From positions 1-14,931 of the forward strand of contig JBHLNZ010000071.1 of the NCBI GenBank assembly GCA_048941015.1: 14,931 nt of DNA, read 5' to 3'. Positions 1-8,835 of this stretch are shown here, piece after piece. Origin of the DNA: Promethearchaeota archaeon (GTDB lineage Archaea; Asgardarchaeota; Lokiarchaeia; Sigyniarchaeales; SOKP01). The notes under the pieces were generated by a model. That model searched no databases, had not been told where the DNA came from, and was given only the letters and a program-made list of their open reading frames with translations. The translations under genes were made by a program, and so were the position numbers. The stretch's first letter is position 1, and the number at the start of each line of letters is the position of its first letter.

Positions 1-1442
1 TCCACAGGAACTCACGCACCTGCTTCTGCCCAATCCGGACGCTCCCCTACCAGATCACGGGGTTCTTCCGCCCGTGCTCTTGGGTCTCGGTGGCAGATTT
101 AAGCCCCGTCCATTTTCGGGGCTATATTTCTCGGCAAATGAGTTGTTACACACTCGTTAGGGAGTGGCTACTTCTATACCTATCCTTTTGCTGTCTTAGA
201 AATATAACGCCCTTTAGTTTAACACTTAACCTGCACTTTGGGACCTTAACCCAAGTCTAGGTTGTTCCCTTCTCGGCGATGGACTTTACGCCCACCAACC
301 CGTCTCCCAGGGTCTACGGTGCCAGCAGTTTCGGAGTTTAAGGGTAAAGCGAGGAATTTCTTCCCCTTACTTCACGATTAGTGCTCTACGCCACTGGCGG
401 CCTCGCCTGAGGCTTGGCTGATACCAACTTCGGGGAGAACCAGCTATCACCGATCTAGATTAGCCTTTTGCTCCTATTCCCAGGTCATCTAAGCGAATTG
501 CACATCAGCACTAGTTCAGACCTCCATCATCCTTTCGAACGACTTCATCTTGCCCAGGAATAGATCGACCGGCTTCGGGTATTATAATAGTGACTCTTGG
601 CCCTTTAAGACCATTCTTCTGGCCTAATCCCTTAGAAGGATTTACTATGGCCTATTTGGATAGCTGAACTACCCTATAGTACATAGGTCTTCCTAATGTG
701 ATAATTAGGTTGCTAGAATATTGGTTTCCCTTTGCCTACATATCGTAAGATACTTAAGCTCGCCACTACTATAAACTCCCTGGCCAATGATTCCAGACTG
801 AAGATGCAACCCTAGTCCTCTGTTCTCTGATGTTCTGTCACCAGAACTCATTCGTACAGAATCTATCCTTTCAGGCTGCATCACTACTAAGCTATTTGGT
901 TTCAAGCGCTTTTCACGGCCCTTCCGGGTTTCTTTTCATCTTTTGCTCACGCTACTATTTCGCTATCGGTCTTGGGACATATTTAGATTTGCCAGCGTGT
1001 ATCTGGCACATTCATACGAGAAAACCATCCCGCATTACTCGGGATACCTTGCAGCAACTATCCAACTTACAGTTACGCGGCTATCACGCTCTATGGCTTA
1101 ACATTTCAGGAATATTCACCTTCGTTGGGGAGGTCGTACAAGGTCCACACACCACATTTCCACTTGGTTTCCCAAGGGATTCGGTTTGATCTATTCCGCT
1201 TTCGCTCGCCGTTACTCACGGAATCACTGTTGTTTTCTTTTCCTCCTGGTACTAAAATGTTTTACTTCCCAGGGTTCCCCTTCCCTGCCGGGAATCTTGC
1301 AGATTATTGGGCTGCAAGCGGATGTCCTATTCGAGCATCTTGGGGTCAACGTCTACATGCGACTAACCCAAGCTTATCGCAGCTTGTCACGCTCTTCTTC
1401 GGTGCCCAAGCCAAGATATCCACCAAATAGCGGAGGCGTATT
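1..1442 (-). rRNA. rrl: 23S (LSU) rRNA, 5' portion; runs off the left edge; 5' end approximate
   Basis: The reverse complement shows conserved LSU motifs: TGGTGGATATCTTGGCTT..GAAGAGCGTGACAAGCTGCGATAAG at the 5' end, GTAAAACATTTTAGTACCAGGAGGAAAAGAAA, AGTAACGGCGAGCGAAAGCGG, GACCGATAGCGAAATAGTAGCGTGAGC, GATAGCTGGTTCTCCCCGAA and GAGTGTGTAACAACTCA. GC content is higher than in the flanking CDSs. Confidence 0.97.
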
Positions 1443-1850
1443 GGCGTCTACTCAAGGAAAGGTTCAGATTGCTTGCGCTAAGGCTTGTATATTCGGAGAC
1501 GATAAGAATTTAGACTTGAAATTGACAATATGAGACGAATTATATAAAGACTCATACTAATTAGGGAGTATGTTCCTATGAGCATGACATAAATCCGTCC
1601 TTGCTTGGTCCGGAATCCCCTATATCAACCGATGTTATGGTCGCTATGGGCACTCATTTCCTGTATCATCGATCATGTGAGCTGTAGCTCATTCTGATGT
1701 ACTTCCACGAGGCCGGAACCAGCTATTGGTCGTATGTCATCGGAATGTGATGAGATATTTTTCTCAACCAATAACATGCCGAAGGTTTAAAGTATAATTA
1801 TATGATATTTTACTAAATTGCCATCGGCAAAATGACAAAGTAATTTGTCA
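1443..1850 (-). other. Structured 5' leader / external transcribed spacer of the 23S gene
   Basis: Non-coding, more GC-rich than the intergenic DNA at 1850-2090, and rich in inverted repeats: CATACT/AGTATG 1553-1572, TGAGC/GCTCA 1678-1691, TGCCGA/TCGGCA 1777-1829, TGACAAA/TTTGTCA 1833-1850. Confidence 0.55.
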
Positions 1851-1870
1851 ATTAAAAATTTTATGGTCTA

Positions 1871-1888
1871 TTTTTATAAAGTATAAAG
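1871..1888 (-). promoter_or_regulatory. Candidate TATA box(es) for the 23S transcript
   Basis: TTTATAAA (1873-1880) and CTTTATAC (minus strand, 1881-1888) lie ~25-35 nt before the first leader hairpin. The AT-rich background weakens this call. Confidence 0.35.
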
Positions 1889-2089
1889 CTGGAATTATGG
1901 GTTTTATAATTTTTAATTAATAGATTAATATGGATTTGAAAGAATTCTATTTTTGTTTTTATTTGTATTTAAAAAAAAGGGGATAATAATAGTTATTATA
2001 CTTTAACACACTTTTATTTTAAAAACATTCTTAAATTATAATTGTTGTTAGTTATATTTTGATTCAAATCACTTTGTCTACTGTTTAAT

Positions 2090-2959
2090 ATGGAAAATAA
2101 GGTGTTAATTGGTACTTCTGGATGGGGATACGATGAGTGGGTAGGTCCGTTTTATCCGAAGAATTTAAGTAAAGAGGATTACCTTTCGTTTTATTCTGAA
2201 ATTTTTTATACAAATGAGATTAATACAACGTTTTATAATATCCCTTCGAAGTATATTGTAGAAAATTGGGTTAAAAAGACTCCAGAGAATTTTGTATTTT
2301 CGGCTAAAATTCCTAAGTCAATCACACATGAATGCAAATTAGACATTAATGAGTGTTTAGATGATTTACACTACTTTTTGAGAGTGATGGATCCTTTGAT
2401 TAAATCCAAAAAACTTTTAGCGTTTTTACTACAGTTACCGCCTTCATTTACCAAGGACGACCATTTTGGTATTTTAAAAGAATTTGTTGAACATTGGCCG
2501 AGTGATCTCCAGAAATGTAATTATTATTTAGTTTTAGAATTTAGAGATCAATCTTGGATGAATGATGATGTATTTAATTATTTAAGAAAGATGCAATTGA
2601 CATATTGTGCTGTGATAGAACCTTTATTACCTCCTAGAATGGATATAACTAATCCTAAGTTTGCATATATTAGATTTCATGGTTATGGAAAGGAAATCTG
2701 GTTTGATTACTTTTTTAAGGAAGAAGAGATAAGGAAATGGTCTGGTCCTATTAGAAATGTTATTAATGAAGCTAAAATAGTAGGTATCTATTTTAATAAC
2801 CATTTTTCTGGCTATGCTGCTAAAAATTCTTTAATGATGATGAGAGAATTAGGAATTAAGCCTAGAAAGGACCCAAATAAAGTAAGTTTATTAGAAATTA
2901 AGAAGAAATCGGGAACATATTCAAAAAATCAAACAGGTTTAGATCAGTTTCTTAAATGA
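2090..2959 (+). CDS. DUF72 (YecE-like) TIM-barrel protein with C-terminal PIP-box-like motif
   Basis: Family motifs IGTSGWGY-W-G-FYP, EINTTFY, FSAKIPKSITH, LLQLPPSF, LEFR-SW, YIRFHG and IYFNNH. C-terminus is QTGLDQFLK. Confidence 0.9.
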   Translation: MENKVLIGTSGWGYDEWVGPFYPKNLSKEDYLSFYSEIFYTNEINTTFYNIPSKYIVENWVKKTPENFVFSAKIPKSITHECKLDINECLDDLHYFLRVMDPLIKSKKLLAFLLQLPPSFTKDDHFGILKEFVEHWPSDLQKCNYYLVLEFRDQSWMNDDVFNYLRKMQLTYCAVIEPLLPPRMDITNPKFAYIRFHGYGKEIWFDYFFKEEEIRKWSGPIRNVINEAKIVGIYFNNHFSGYAAKNSLMMMRELGIKPRKDPNKVSLLEIKKKSGTYSKNQTGLDQFLK

Positions 2960-3003
2960 TAAGGTCATCCGAATAATAATAAAAATTGCGGGTATTATAG
3001 AAA

Positions 3004-4011
3004 TTGCTCAACACTAAATTAAGAATTGGAATTATTGGAGCAGGATCTATTGGTAGTTTATTTGGGGGATATTTAGCAGGCCTTGATTCTGAAGATTATT
3101 CATTGGACATAATTTTTTTTGGAACTAAACAACATATTAATGAGATTAATAAATACGGTTTAAAAATCCATCATAAAAACGTCACAATTTCTATTAAGAA
3201 TGTAAATGCATTTGAAAGTCCTGACGCTATTGAGAAGATTATAGAGAACGATTCGACTTGGAACTTTGACTTTTTATTTCTTTCAACAAAAACCTATGAT
3301 CTTGAGGCTAGTTTAAAGCAATATCAAAACTTAATCCAAGCAAGCAAATATATTGTAATTTTACAAAATGGAATTGGAAATGAAGATTTGGTGGAACAAT
3401 ATGTTTCCAAGGAAAAAATAATTAGAGTTATAACATCTCATGGAGCATTATTAAAGGAACCTGGTCACGTTTATCATACAGGTCAAGGTTTTACTAAAGT
3501 AGGTTTTGCTTTTTTAAACGCGAATATAAAACACGAAATAGACACTAATTCCCCATCTAAAGATTTAGAGATTTTAAAAGAACTTTTAGATTTAAGTGGT
3601 ATAAAAACTGAAATTGTAGAGGATATAATTCAAGCAAGTTGGGAAAAAGTTTTTGTGAATATAGGAATTAATGCTCTTGGAGCTTTAACCCGATTGCATA
3701 ATGGAGCGCTATTAGAAGATGAATCTTTAAAGACTTTGATGAAAGAGGCAATAAACGAAGCAGTTAAAGTTGCAAAATTGAATAATATTTACTTATCAGA
3801 GGAAGATTATGTAGAGTTAGCATATTCAGTTGCTAAAAATACCTATTATAATAAAAATTCAATGTTACAAGACGTATTAAATGGAAAAAAAACGGAGATT
3901 GACTTCTTTAATGGTAAAATTGTAAAATTAGCTAATGAAGTTGGAATAAGAGTACAAGTAAATGAAATGTTAACATATTTAATTAAAGGATTAGAAAGAT
4001 CATTTTCTTAA
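3004..4011 (+). CDS. panE: 2-dehydropantoate 2-reductase (ketopantoate reductase)
   Basis: GAGSIG Rossmann motif, STKTYD, LQNGIGN, WEKVFVN..NAL, SMLQD..GKKTEIDFFNG. TTG start. Confidence 0.92.
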   Translation: MLNTKLRIGIIGAGSIGSLFGGYLAGLDSEDYSLDIIFFGTKQHINEINKYGLKIHHKNVTISIKNVNAFESPDAIEKIIENDSTWNFDFLFLSTKTYDLEASLKQYQNLIQASKYIVILQNGIGNEDLVEQYVSKEKIIRVITSHGALLKEPGHVYHTGQGFTKVGFAFLNANIKHEIDTNSPSKDLEILKELLDLSGIKTEIVEDIIQASWEKVFVNIGINALGALTRLHNGALLEDESLKTLMKEAINEAVKVAKLNNIYLSEEDYVELAYSVAKNTYYNKNSMLQDVLNGKKTEIDFFNGKIVKLANEVGIRVQVNEMLTYLIKGLERSFS

Positions 4012-4530
4012 TTTGCAAGTCATGTAATAAGCGTTTTCTCCATCACGATAATACTTATGTTTGATACTTTTTGTTGAGAAATTAAATTTTTGATATAAAT
4101 TAATTGCTGCATAATTGCTGACTCTCACTTCTAAAACAAATTCATCAATTTTGTATCTCTTAACTTCCTCCATAGAATTTGATAACAAAGCAGTGGCAAT
4201 TCCTTTTCTTCGATATTCTTTTAAGAGAGCAATTGAAACCAAATGACCTTTATTACTAATTTTTAAACTATGAGGAGAAGGCATCTTTTCAACCCGCCAC
4301 ATAATATATCCAATTATTTTTCCCATATTATTTACTGCTACTAAAAAAGAATCTGAAAAATTATCAAGAATACTTTTATAGAAAAAATAAGGGTAATCTT
4401 CTGGTAATTCTTTTTCATTTACTTCAATTACGCCTTCCAAATCTTCCAATATACATCGTCTAATTAAGATTGCTGGTTCTATGTCGCTACCTGTAAAACT
4501 GATACGTTGTATATCTTTGTCTGTCCCCAT
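4000..4530 (-). CDS. ard1: N-alpha-acetyltransferase, Ard1/RimI GNAT family
   Basis: LPEDY (Ard1/Naa10 LPENY-like), GHLVSIA, YRRKGIA acetyl-CoA loop, LEVRVSN..AINLY, YYRDGENAYYM. Confidence 0.88.
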   Translation of the reverse strand: MGTDKDIQRISFTGSDIEPAILIRRCILEDLEGVIEVNEKELPEDYPYFFYKSILDNFSDSFLVAVNNMGKIIGYIMWRVEKMPSPHSLKISNKGHLVSIALLKEYRRKGIATALLSNSMEEVKRYKIDEFVLEVRVSNYAAINLYQKFNFSTKSIKHKYYRDGENAYYMTCKLRK

Positions 4531-4627
4531 TATTATTTATCTCAAGATTATAATCTAATTTATAGAAATATAGCTATATAAGATATTATTCTAGAACTTT
4601 TTAAGCTTTCTTAAATAATAAAAAGCT

Positions 4628-5437
4628 TTAAATTTGATTGTTTAAAATTTTAAATGCATCTTTTTTTTGGGTATTTATATAATCTATTATTAAGTCTAAA
4701 GTATTTTCAATATTCTTTCTATTATTAAATTTGTTAACTATCTTTTCTAAATCTCCTGATGTTAGCTTTTTCAATCTTTTAGCTACCTCTATCATTTCGG
4801 GAAGGGTTCTAACAAGGTTATTAACGATTGTTATATCTGCCCATATTGAAGTCCTGCTTAATGGATTTAAATCAACTGTAATTATTTTTTTACCAATCTT
4901 TTTTAATGATTCTGTTCTATCTCCATCTTCTAAGGGTACAAAAACTACATCAGCTATTTTAATGCCATTTGGGTCAACTTTTCTTCTATTACTTGAAATT
5001 TCTTTAATTTCGATCATTCTAGTCTCATCTGTGCCTAAAATTTTATTCGCTCCTGCTTTTTTTAAGATTTGAGTAATTGCTTCGACTCTTCCTTCTTTAC
5101 GGTAAAACAAATTTATCTCAAGGGGAGCGTTAATTGTATTTGATAATTCAGCTAATTCCTTTGAGCATAAAGCAGCACTATTCCCGTTAACACTTATGAT
5201 TGGCGATTTTGCCATTAGCAATAGAGCTACTGCTGCTTCAGTTGCTTCTTTAGCAGCTTTATTGGTTTTTTCGCCAAGAATATAATCAAAACACTCACCT
5301 CTTCCATGTGCGATTAAGCCTGCTTCAGCTACTACTAGATTTTTCATGCCTGCAATAATATCATGCCTATACTTTAAACTTAAATATCTGGGATGATCTT
5401 TTGGGATATTATGATTTTCATTATTTTTTGAAGTCAT
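4628..5437 (-). CDS. pps: Archaeal 4-phosphopantoate--beta-alanine ligase (phosphopantothenate synthetase)
   Basis: IP-DHPRY-SL, GLIAHGRGE-FDYILGE, ISVNGN, EINLFYR, VPLEDGDR, VDLNPLSRT. Confidence 0.92.
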   Translation of the reverse strand: MTSKNNENHNIPKDHPRYLSLKYRHDIIAGMKNLVVAEAGLIAHGRGECFDYILGEKTNKAAKEATEAAVALLLMAKSPIISVNGNSAALCSKELAELSNTINAPLEINLFYRKEGRVEAITQILKKAGANKILGTDETRMIEIKEISSNRRKVDPNGIKIADVVFVPLEDGDRTESLKKIGKKIITVDLNPLSRTSIWADITIVNNLVRTLPEMIEVAKRLKKLTSGDLEKIVNKFNNRKNIENTLDLIIDYINTQKKDAFKILNNQI

Positions 5438-5531
5438 AATTTAATAAATTCGCATTTTTAGTACTTTATATAGTTTGAAATAAAGAAAAACTATTAATTT
5501 TTTGTTTCTTTTAGTATTTTTGTTGATAAAG

Positions 5532-6806
5532 ATGAGTTCAGCTGCAGAAAAGAAAAGTAATGATTTGAAATTATATCACACGAAAAAGATAATTGAAGAT
5601 CTAAAGAGTAAAAAGGGATTTCATACCGAGTTAATTTCATTGTATATTCCTCATGATAGAAAATTATCTGATGTGACAAATTATTTAAAAAACGAAGTTA
5701 GTGAAAGTCAAAATATCAAATCAAAATTAACGAGAAAAAACGTGTTAGATAGTATTGCAAGTCTCTTAGGACAATTAAAAAATATTAGAGAAGTACCTGA
5801 GAATGGTTTAGTAATGTTTTCAGGTGCTATTCCGCAAAATGACACTCCAGGAACAGAAAAGAATGAATTGACAATAGTAGAACCTCCAGAAAAAGTCATT
5901 ACATTTAAATATCATTGTGCAAGTGAATTTTATTTAGAACCGTTGGAAGAAATGCTTACACCAAAAGAAGTTTATGGTTTAATTGTTATTGGAAGGCAAA
6001 AATCTGCAGTTGGATATGTAAAAGGGAACCATGTAGAAGTAGTAAAGGAATTTACCTCAGGAATTCATGGGAAGCATAGAGCTGGAGGACAATCGCAAAG
6101 AAGGTTTGAAAGACAAATGGAAGAAGATGAAAAGCAATTTTATCGACGGATTTCAGATAATATTAATGAAGTTTTTCTTCCAATTGAAGATTTAAGAGGG
6201 ATTTTTATTGGTGGTCCAGGTCCTTCAAAAGAAAAATTCGCAAGTGATGAAACTTTAGATTATCGGTTGAAAGAAATAATTTTAGATGTAGTAGATATAG
6301 GCTATGGAGGAGCAGAAGGAATTAGAGCACTTCTGGATAAAGTTAAAGATAATATTAAGGATGTGAAATACATTAAAGAAAGACAATTAATGGAAAATTT
6401 CATGAAAGAAATAACAAGTGATTCAAATCTAGCTACTTATGGCTTAGAAGAGGTACAAAAAGCATTAAATATGGGAGCCGTTGATACTTTAATTCTTTCT
6501 GAAAAATTAGATGCTTATAGAATTTACATAGAATGCTCGAATTGTGGATATAAAGAAAAAAGAACTACTAGAGAACATGAATTAAATATAATTGAAGAAA
6601 ATATCCAAAACGAGAGTTGTTCTAAATGCAATTCTAATAATTTTAACATAACAAAAAAAGTATCCCTAATTGATGAGTTAGGTGCTGTTGCAGAGTCTAT
6701 GGGTACAGATGTTTACATACTTTCTGCTGAAACAGAGTTAGGTGAATCTTTATTCAGTACATTTGGTGGGATTGTTGCTATTCTCCGTTTTAAATTATCT
6801 TATTAG
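5532..6806 (+). CDS. prf1: Peptide chain release factor aRF1 (ATG 5532 preferred over the ORF-track start at 5502)
   Basis: TELISLYIP, NIKS, YHCASEF (YxCxxxF), GKHRAGGQSQRRF, Zn-ribbon CSNC/CSKC in domain 3, FGGIVAILRF. Confidence 0.97.
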   Translation: MSSAAEKKSNDLKLYHTKKIIEDLKSKKGFHTELISLYIPHDRKLSDVTNYLKNEVSESQNIKSKLTRKNVLDSIASLLGQLKNIREVPENGLVMFSGAIPQNDTPGTEKNELTIVEPPEKVITFKYHCASEFYLEPLEEMLTPKEVYGLIVIGRQKSAVGYVKGNHVEVVKEFTSGIHGKHRAGGQSQRRFERQMEEDEKQFYRRISDNINEVFLPIEDLRGIFIGGPGPSKEKFASDETLDYRLKEIILDVVDIGYGGAEGIRALLDKVKDNIKDVKYIKERQLMENFMKEITSDSNLATYGLEEVQKALNMGAVDTLILSEKLDAYRIYIECSNCGYKEKRTTREHELNIIEENIQNESCSKCNSNNFNITKKVSLIDELGAVAESMGTDVYILSAETELGESLFSTFGGIVAILRFKLSY

Positions 6807-6834
6807 AAAAAAAAGATTAGAGAATTGAATTAAA

Positions 6835-7818
6835 ATGGATTTAAAAGATATTTTATTGAACTTAAATATGGTGATGTTTGGAGGAAAAGGAGGCGTTGGC
6901 AAAACAACCTGCGCTTCAAGCTCTGCAATATGGGCGGCTGAACATGGTAGAAATACTCTTATTATTAGTACTGATCCAGCACATTCATTAGGAGATAGTT
7001 TAGGTATAAGTCTCCCTCCAGGTGAACCTACACCTGTACCGGGAATCAACAATTTAACAGCACTAGAGATCAACCCTAAAGCAAATATTGCTGAATTTCA
7101 AGGATTAACTAATATAAATCCGATGGAGGGGATGGGGATGCCTGGAATGATGGAAGGAATGCCGTTAATGGAAGATTTGCAAGAATTGACCTCAATGAAT
7201 CCCCCAGGCATTGACGAAGCTTTAGCATTGTTAAAAGTACTTGAATTTATAGAAACTGAACATGATTACGATTTAATAATTTTCGATACTGCTCCTACAG
7301 GGCATACGCTTAGATTTTTGAGTTTACCTGAAACCTTATCAGGATGGATTGGTAAATTGTTAAAGATGAGAGTTCGTTTTGGAAATCTTTTTGGGGCCAT
7401 TAAAAGAATGTTTTCAGGAGAAGAAAAACAAAAAGATCAATCTTTAGAAATTTTGGAAAGACTAAATGATTCTATCCTAAGAGCAAGAGATGATCTTACG
7501 AATCCAATTAAAAATTCTTTTGTTATTGTGATGATACCGGAAGAGATGGCAATTACTGAAACGGGACGACTATTAAATGAGTTAGTGAAGTATGATATTC
7601 CTAACTTTAATATTGTTGTTAATCAATTATATCAAGATACCGAAGAGTTATGTGATTTCTGTAAATCACGACGTAATATGCAACAGGGTAATCTAAAAAA
7701 GATTAGAGCCATTTTTAAAGAGAATTTAGGGAAAAATATTATTGAAATTCCTCTCTTCAAGGAAGAAGTTAGAGAGTATAATAAATTAAAAGAATTCAGT
7801 CAATTCTTGATGATATAA
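6835..7818 (+). CDS. Get3/TRC40/ArsA-family ATPase, Get3-like
   Basis: GGKGGVGKTT P-loop, STDPAHSLGD switch I, PGIDEA, FDTAPTGHTLRFL switch II, C-terminal CDFC and a Met-rich segment. Single ATPase domain. Confidence 0.9.
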   Translation: MDLKDILLNLNMVMFGGKGGVGKTTCASSSAIWAAEHGRNTLIISTDPAHSLGDSLGISLPPGEPTPVPGINNLTALEINPKANIAEFQGLTNINPMEGMGMPGMMEGMPLMEDLQELTSMNPPGIDEALALLKVLEFIETEHDYDLIIFDTAPTGHTLRFLSLPETLSGWIGKLLKMRVRFGNLFGAIKRMFSGEEKQKDQSLEILERLNDSILRARDDLTNPIKNSFVIVMIPEEMAITETGRLLNELVKYDIPNFNIVVNQLYQDTEELCDFCKSRRNMQQGNLKKIRAIFKENLGKNIIEIPLFKEEVREYNKLKEFSQFLMI

Positions 7819-8780
7819 TCTGATTTATTAAAATCTTTAGTATAGGTGCAATATAAACACATTTTTGTATTTCCACATGGATATCCACATACTTCACAAT
7901 TATTATATAAATTATTTTTATTTTGGTCGTATAATCTTTCAGATAATTCTAAAAATCCATTTAATAAATTAAATTCTAATTCTGGGCTATATTTTTTACT
8001 CTCTTGTATAAAATCTAATACTCTTTTCCTAAGAATGGGATCTTTTTCTCTAAAAGGACAGTGAGAAGGATAATAATCGAACTTTTTTATATTTGAATAT
8101 AAAAAGATCTCTTCTTCAGGGATTCTCATTAAGGGAGTCACTTTTTTGATAAAAAATCTGTTTATCTTTCCATTTTCGGATTTAAAGAGATATTGATTAG
8201 CAATAATCTGAAATCTATTAAATAAAATATTCATAAGAAAAGTCTCCGCGATATCCGTAAGATTATGCCCTAAAGCGAGTTTATCAGCTCCAAGTTCTTT
8301 TGCACCATCATTCAACAGTCTTCTCCTTATTGTTGCGCAATAATTGCATGCGTATTGATATTCCAAAGACTCTTTTTTCATTTCTATAATTTCATCTAAT
8401 GATTTTCCTACTTTCTCTTTAAATGAGATGATTCTGTGTTCAATATCAAGCGCTTTGCAGAAATTTTTAGCATTTTTGATACTTTTATTTCTATAACCTT
8501 TAATACCCTCATCAATAGATAATGCAATTAAAGATTTATTGTAATAGTTTTTCTCTTGTATTTTAAAAAGATTATACAATAAGGCAAGAGAATCTTTTCC
8601 ACCTGAAACACCTACAACGATTGTATCTTTTGGTTTTAACATTTTGTATTTTGAAATAGTCTTAGATATATTTCTCTCAATGCTTTCAATAAAACAATTT
8701 GAACAAAGAAATTCACCAGAATATTTTCTATGAAGTACTGAAGTTTTTTGTTTACAGTAAGTACAAACTCCAATCTTCAT
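7800..8780 (-). CDS. tRNA 2-thiolation protein, Ncs6/Ctu1/TtuA family (ATG 8780 likely; ORF extends to GTG 8822)
   Basis: N-terminal CxxC..CxxC, PP-loop SGGKDS, CNYC..RRRLL, GHNLTD, CPF, C-terminal CxxC..CxxC. Confidence 0.88.
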   Translation of the reverse strand: MKIGVCTYCKQKTSVLHRKYSGEFLCSNCFIESIERNISKTISKYKMLKPKDTIVVGVSGGKDSLALLYNLFKIQEKNYYNKSLIALSIDEGIKGYRNKSIKNAKNFCKALDIEHRIISFKEKVGKSLDEIIEMKKESLEYQYACNYCATIRRRLLNDGAKELGADKLALGHNLTDIAETFLMNILFNRFQIIANQYLFKSENGKINRFFIKKVTPLMRIPEEEIFLYSNIKKFDYYPSHCPFREKDPILRKRVLDFIQESKKYSPELEFNLLNGFLELSERLYDQNKNNLYNNCEVCGYPCGNTKMCLYCTYTKDFNKSDYIIKN

Positions 8781-8835
8781 ATAGATATTATATTTGTTAT
8801 TAACGTCTTTAATGATAATCACGCTTTAAAATGAT

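Noticed and set aside
803-882. Long helix 25 (ES7 position) in the 23S
   Set aside because: About 80 nt, longer than in bacteria but in line with my recollection of ordinary archaeal H25.
705-1533. ORFs 705-905, 830-1189, 1125-1430 and 1186-1533
   Set aside because: They lie within or antisense to the 23S rRNA and are typical spurious rRNA ORFs.
1590-1740. Possible SRP RNA or RNase P RNA in the leader (AGGCCGGAACCAGC resembles SRP helix 8)
   Set aside because: The GGAA loop is not closed by a complementary stem followed by AGCAG, and RNase P conserved regions were not found.
1694-1753. CTGA and GTGATGA box D/C-like words
   Set aside because: The order is wrong for a C/D guide, with no downstream D box on the same strand.
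2957-2962. Selenocysteine readthrough of the DUF72 TGA
   Set aside because: It is immediately followed by TAA, and no SECIS-like element was seen.
7800-7818. Convergent 3' overlap of the Get3-like and Ncs6-like genes
   Set aside because: Short tail-to-tail overlaps are common in compact AT-rich genomes.
4731-8064. Short ORFs 4731-5072, 5494-5679, 5708-5899, 6795-7073 and 7846-8064
   Set aside because: They are antisense shadows of well-supported genes and have no recognisable motifs.
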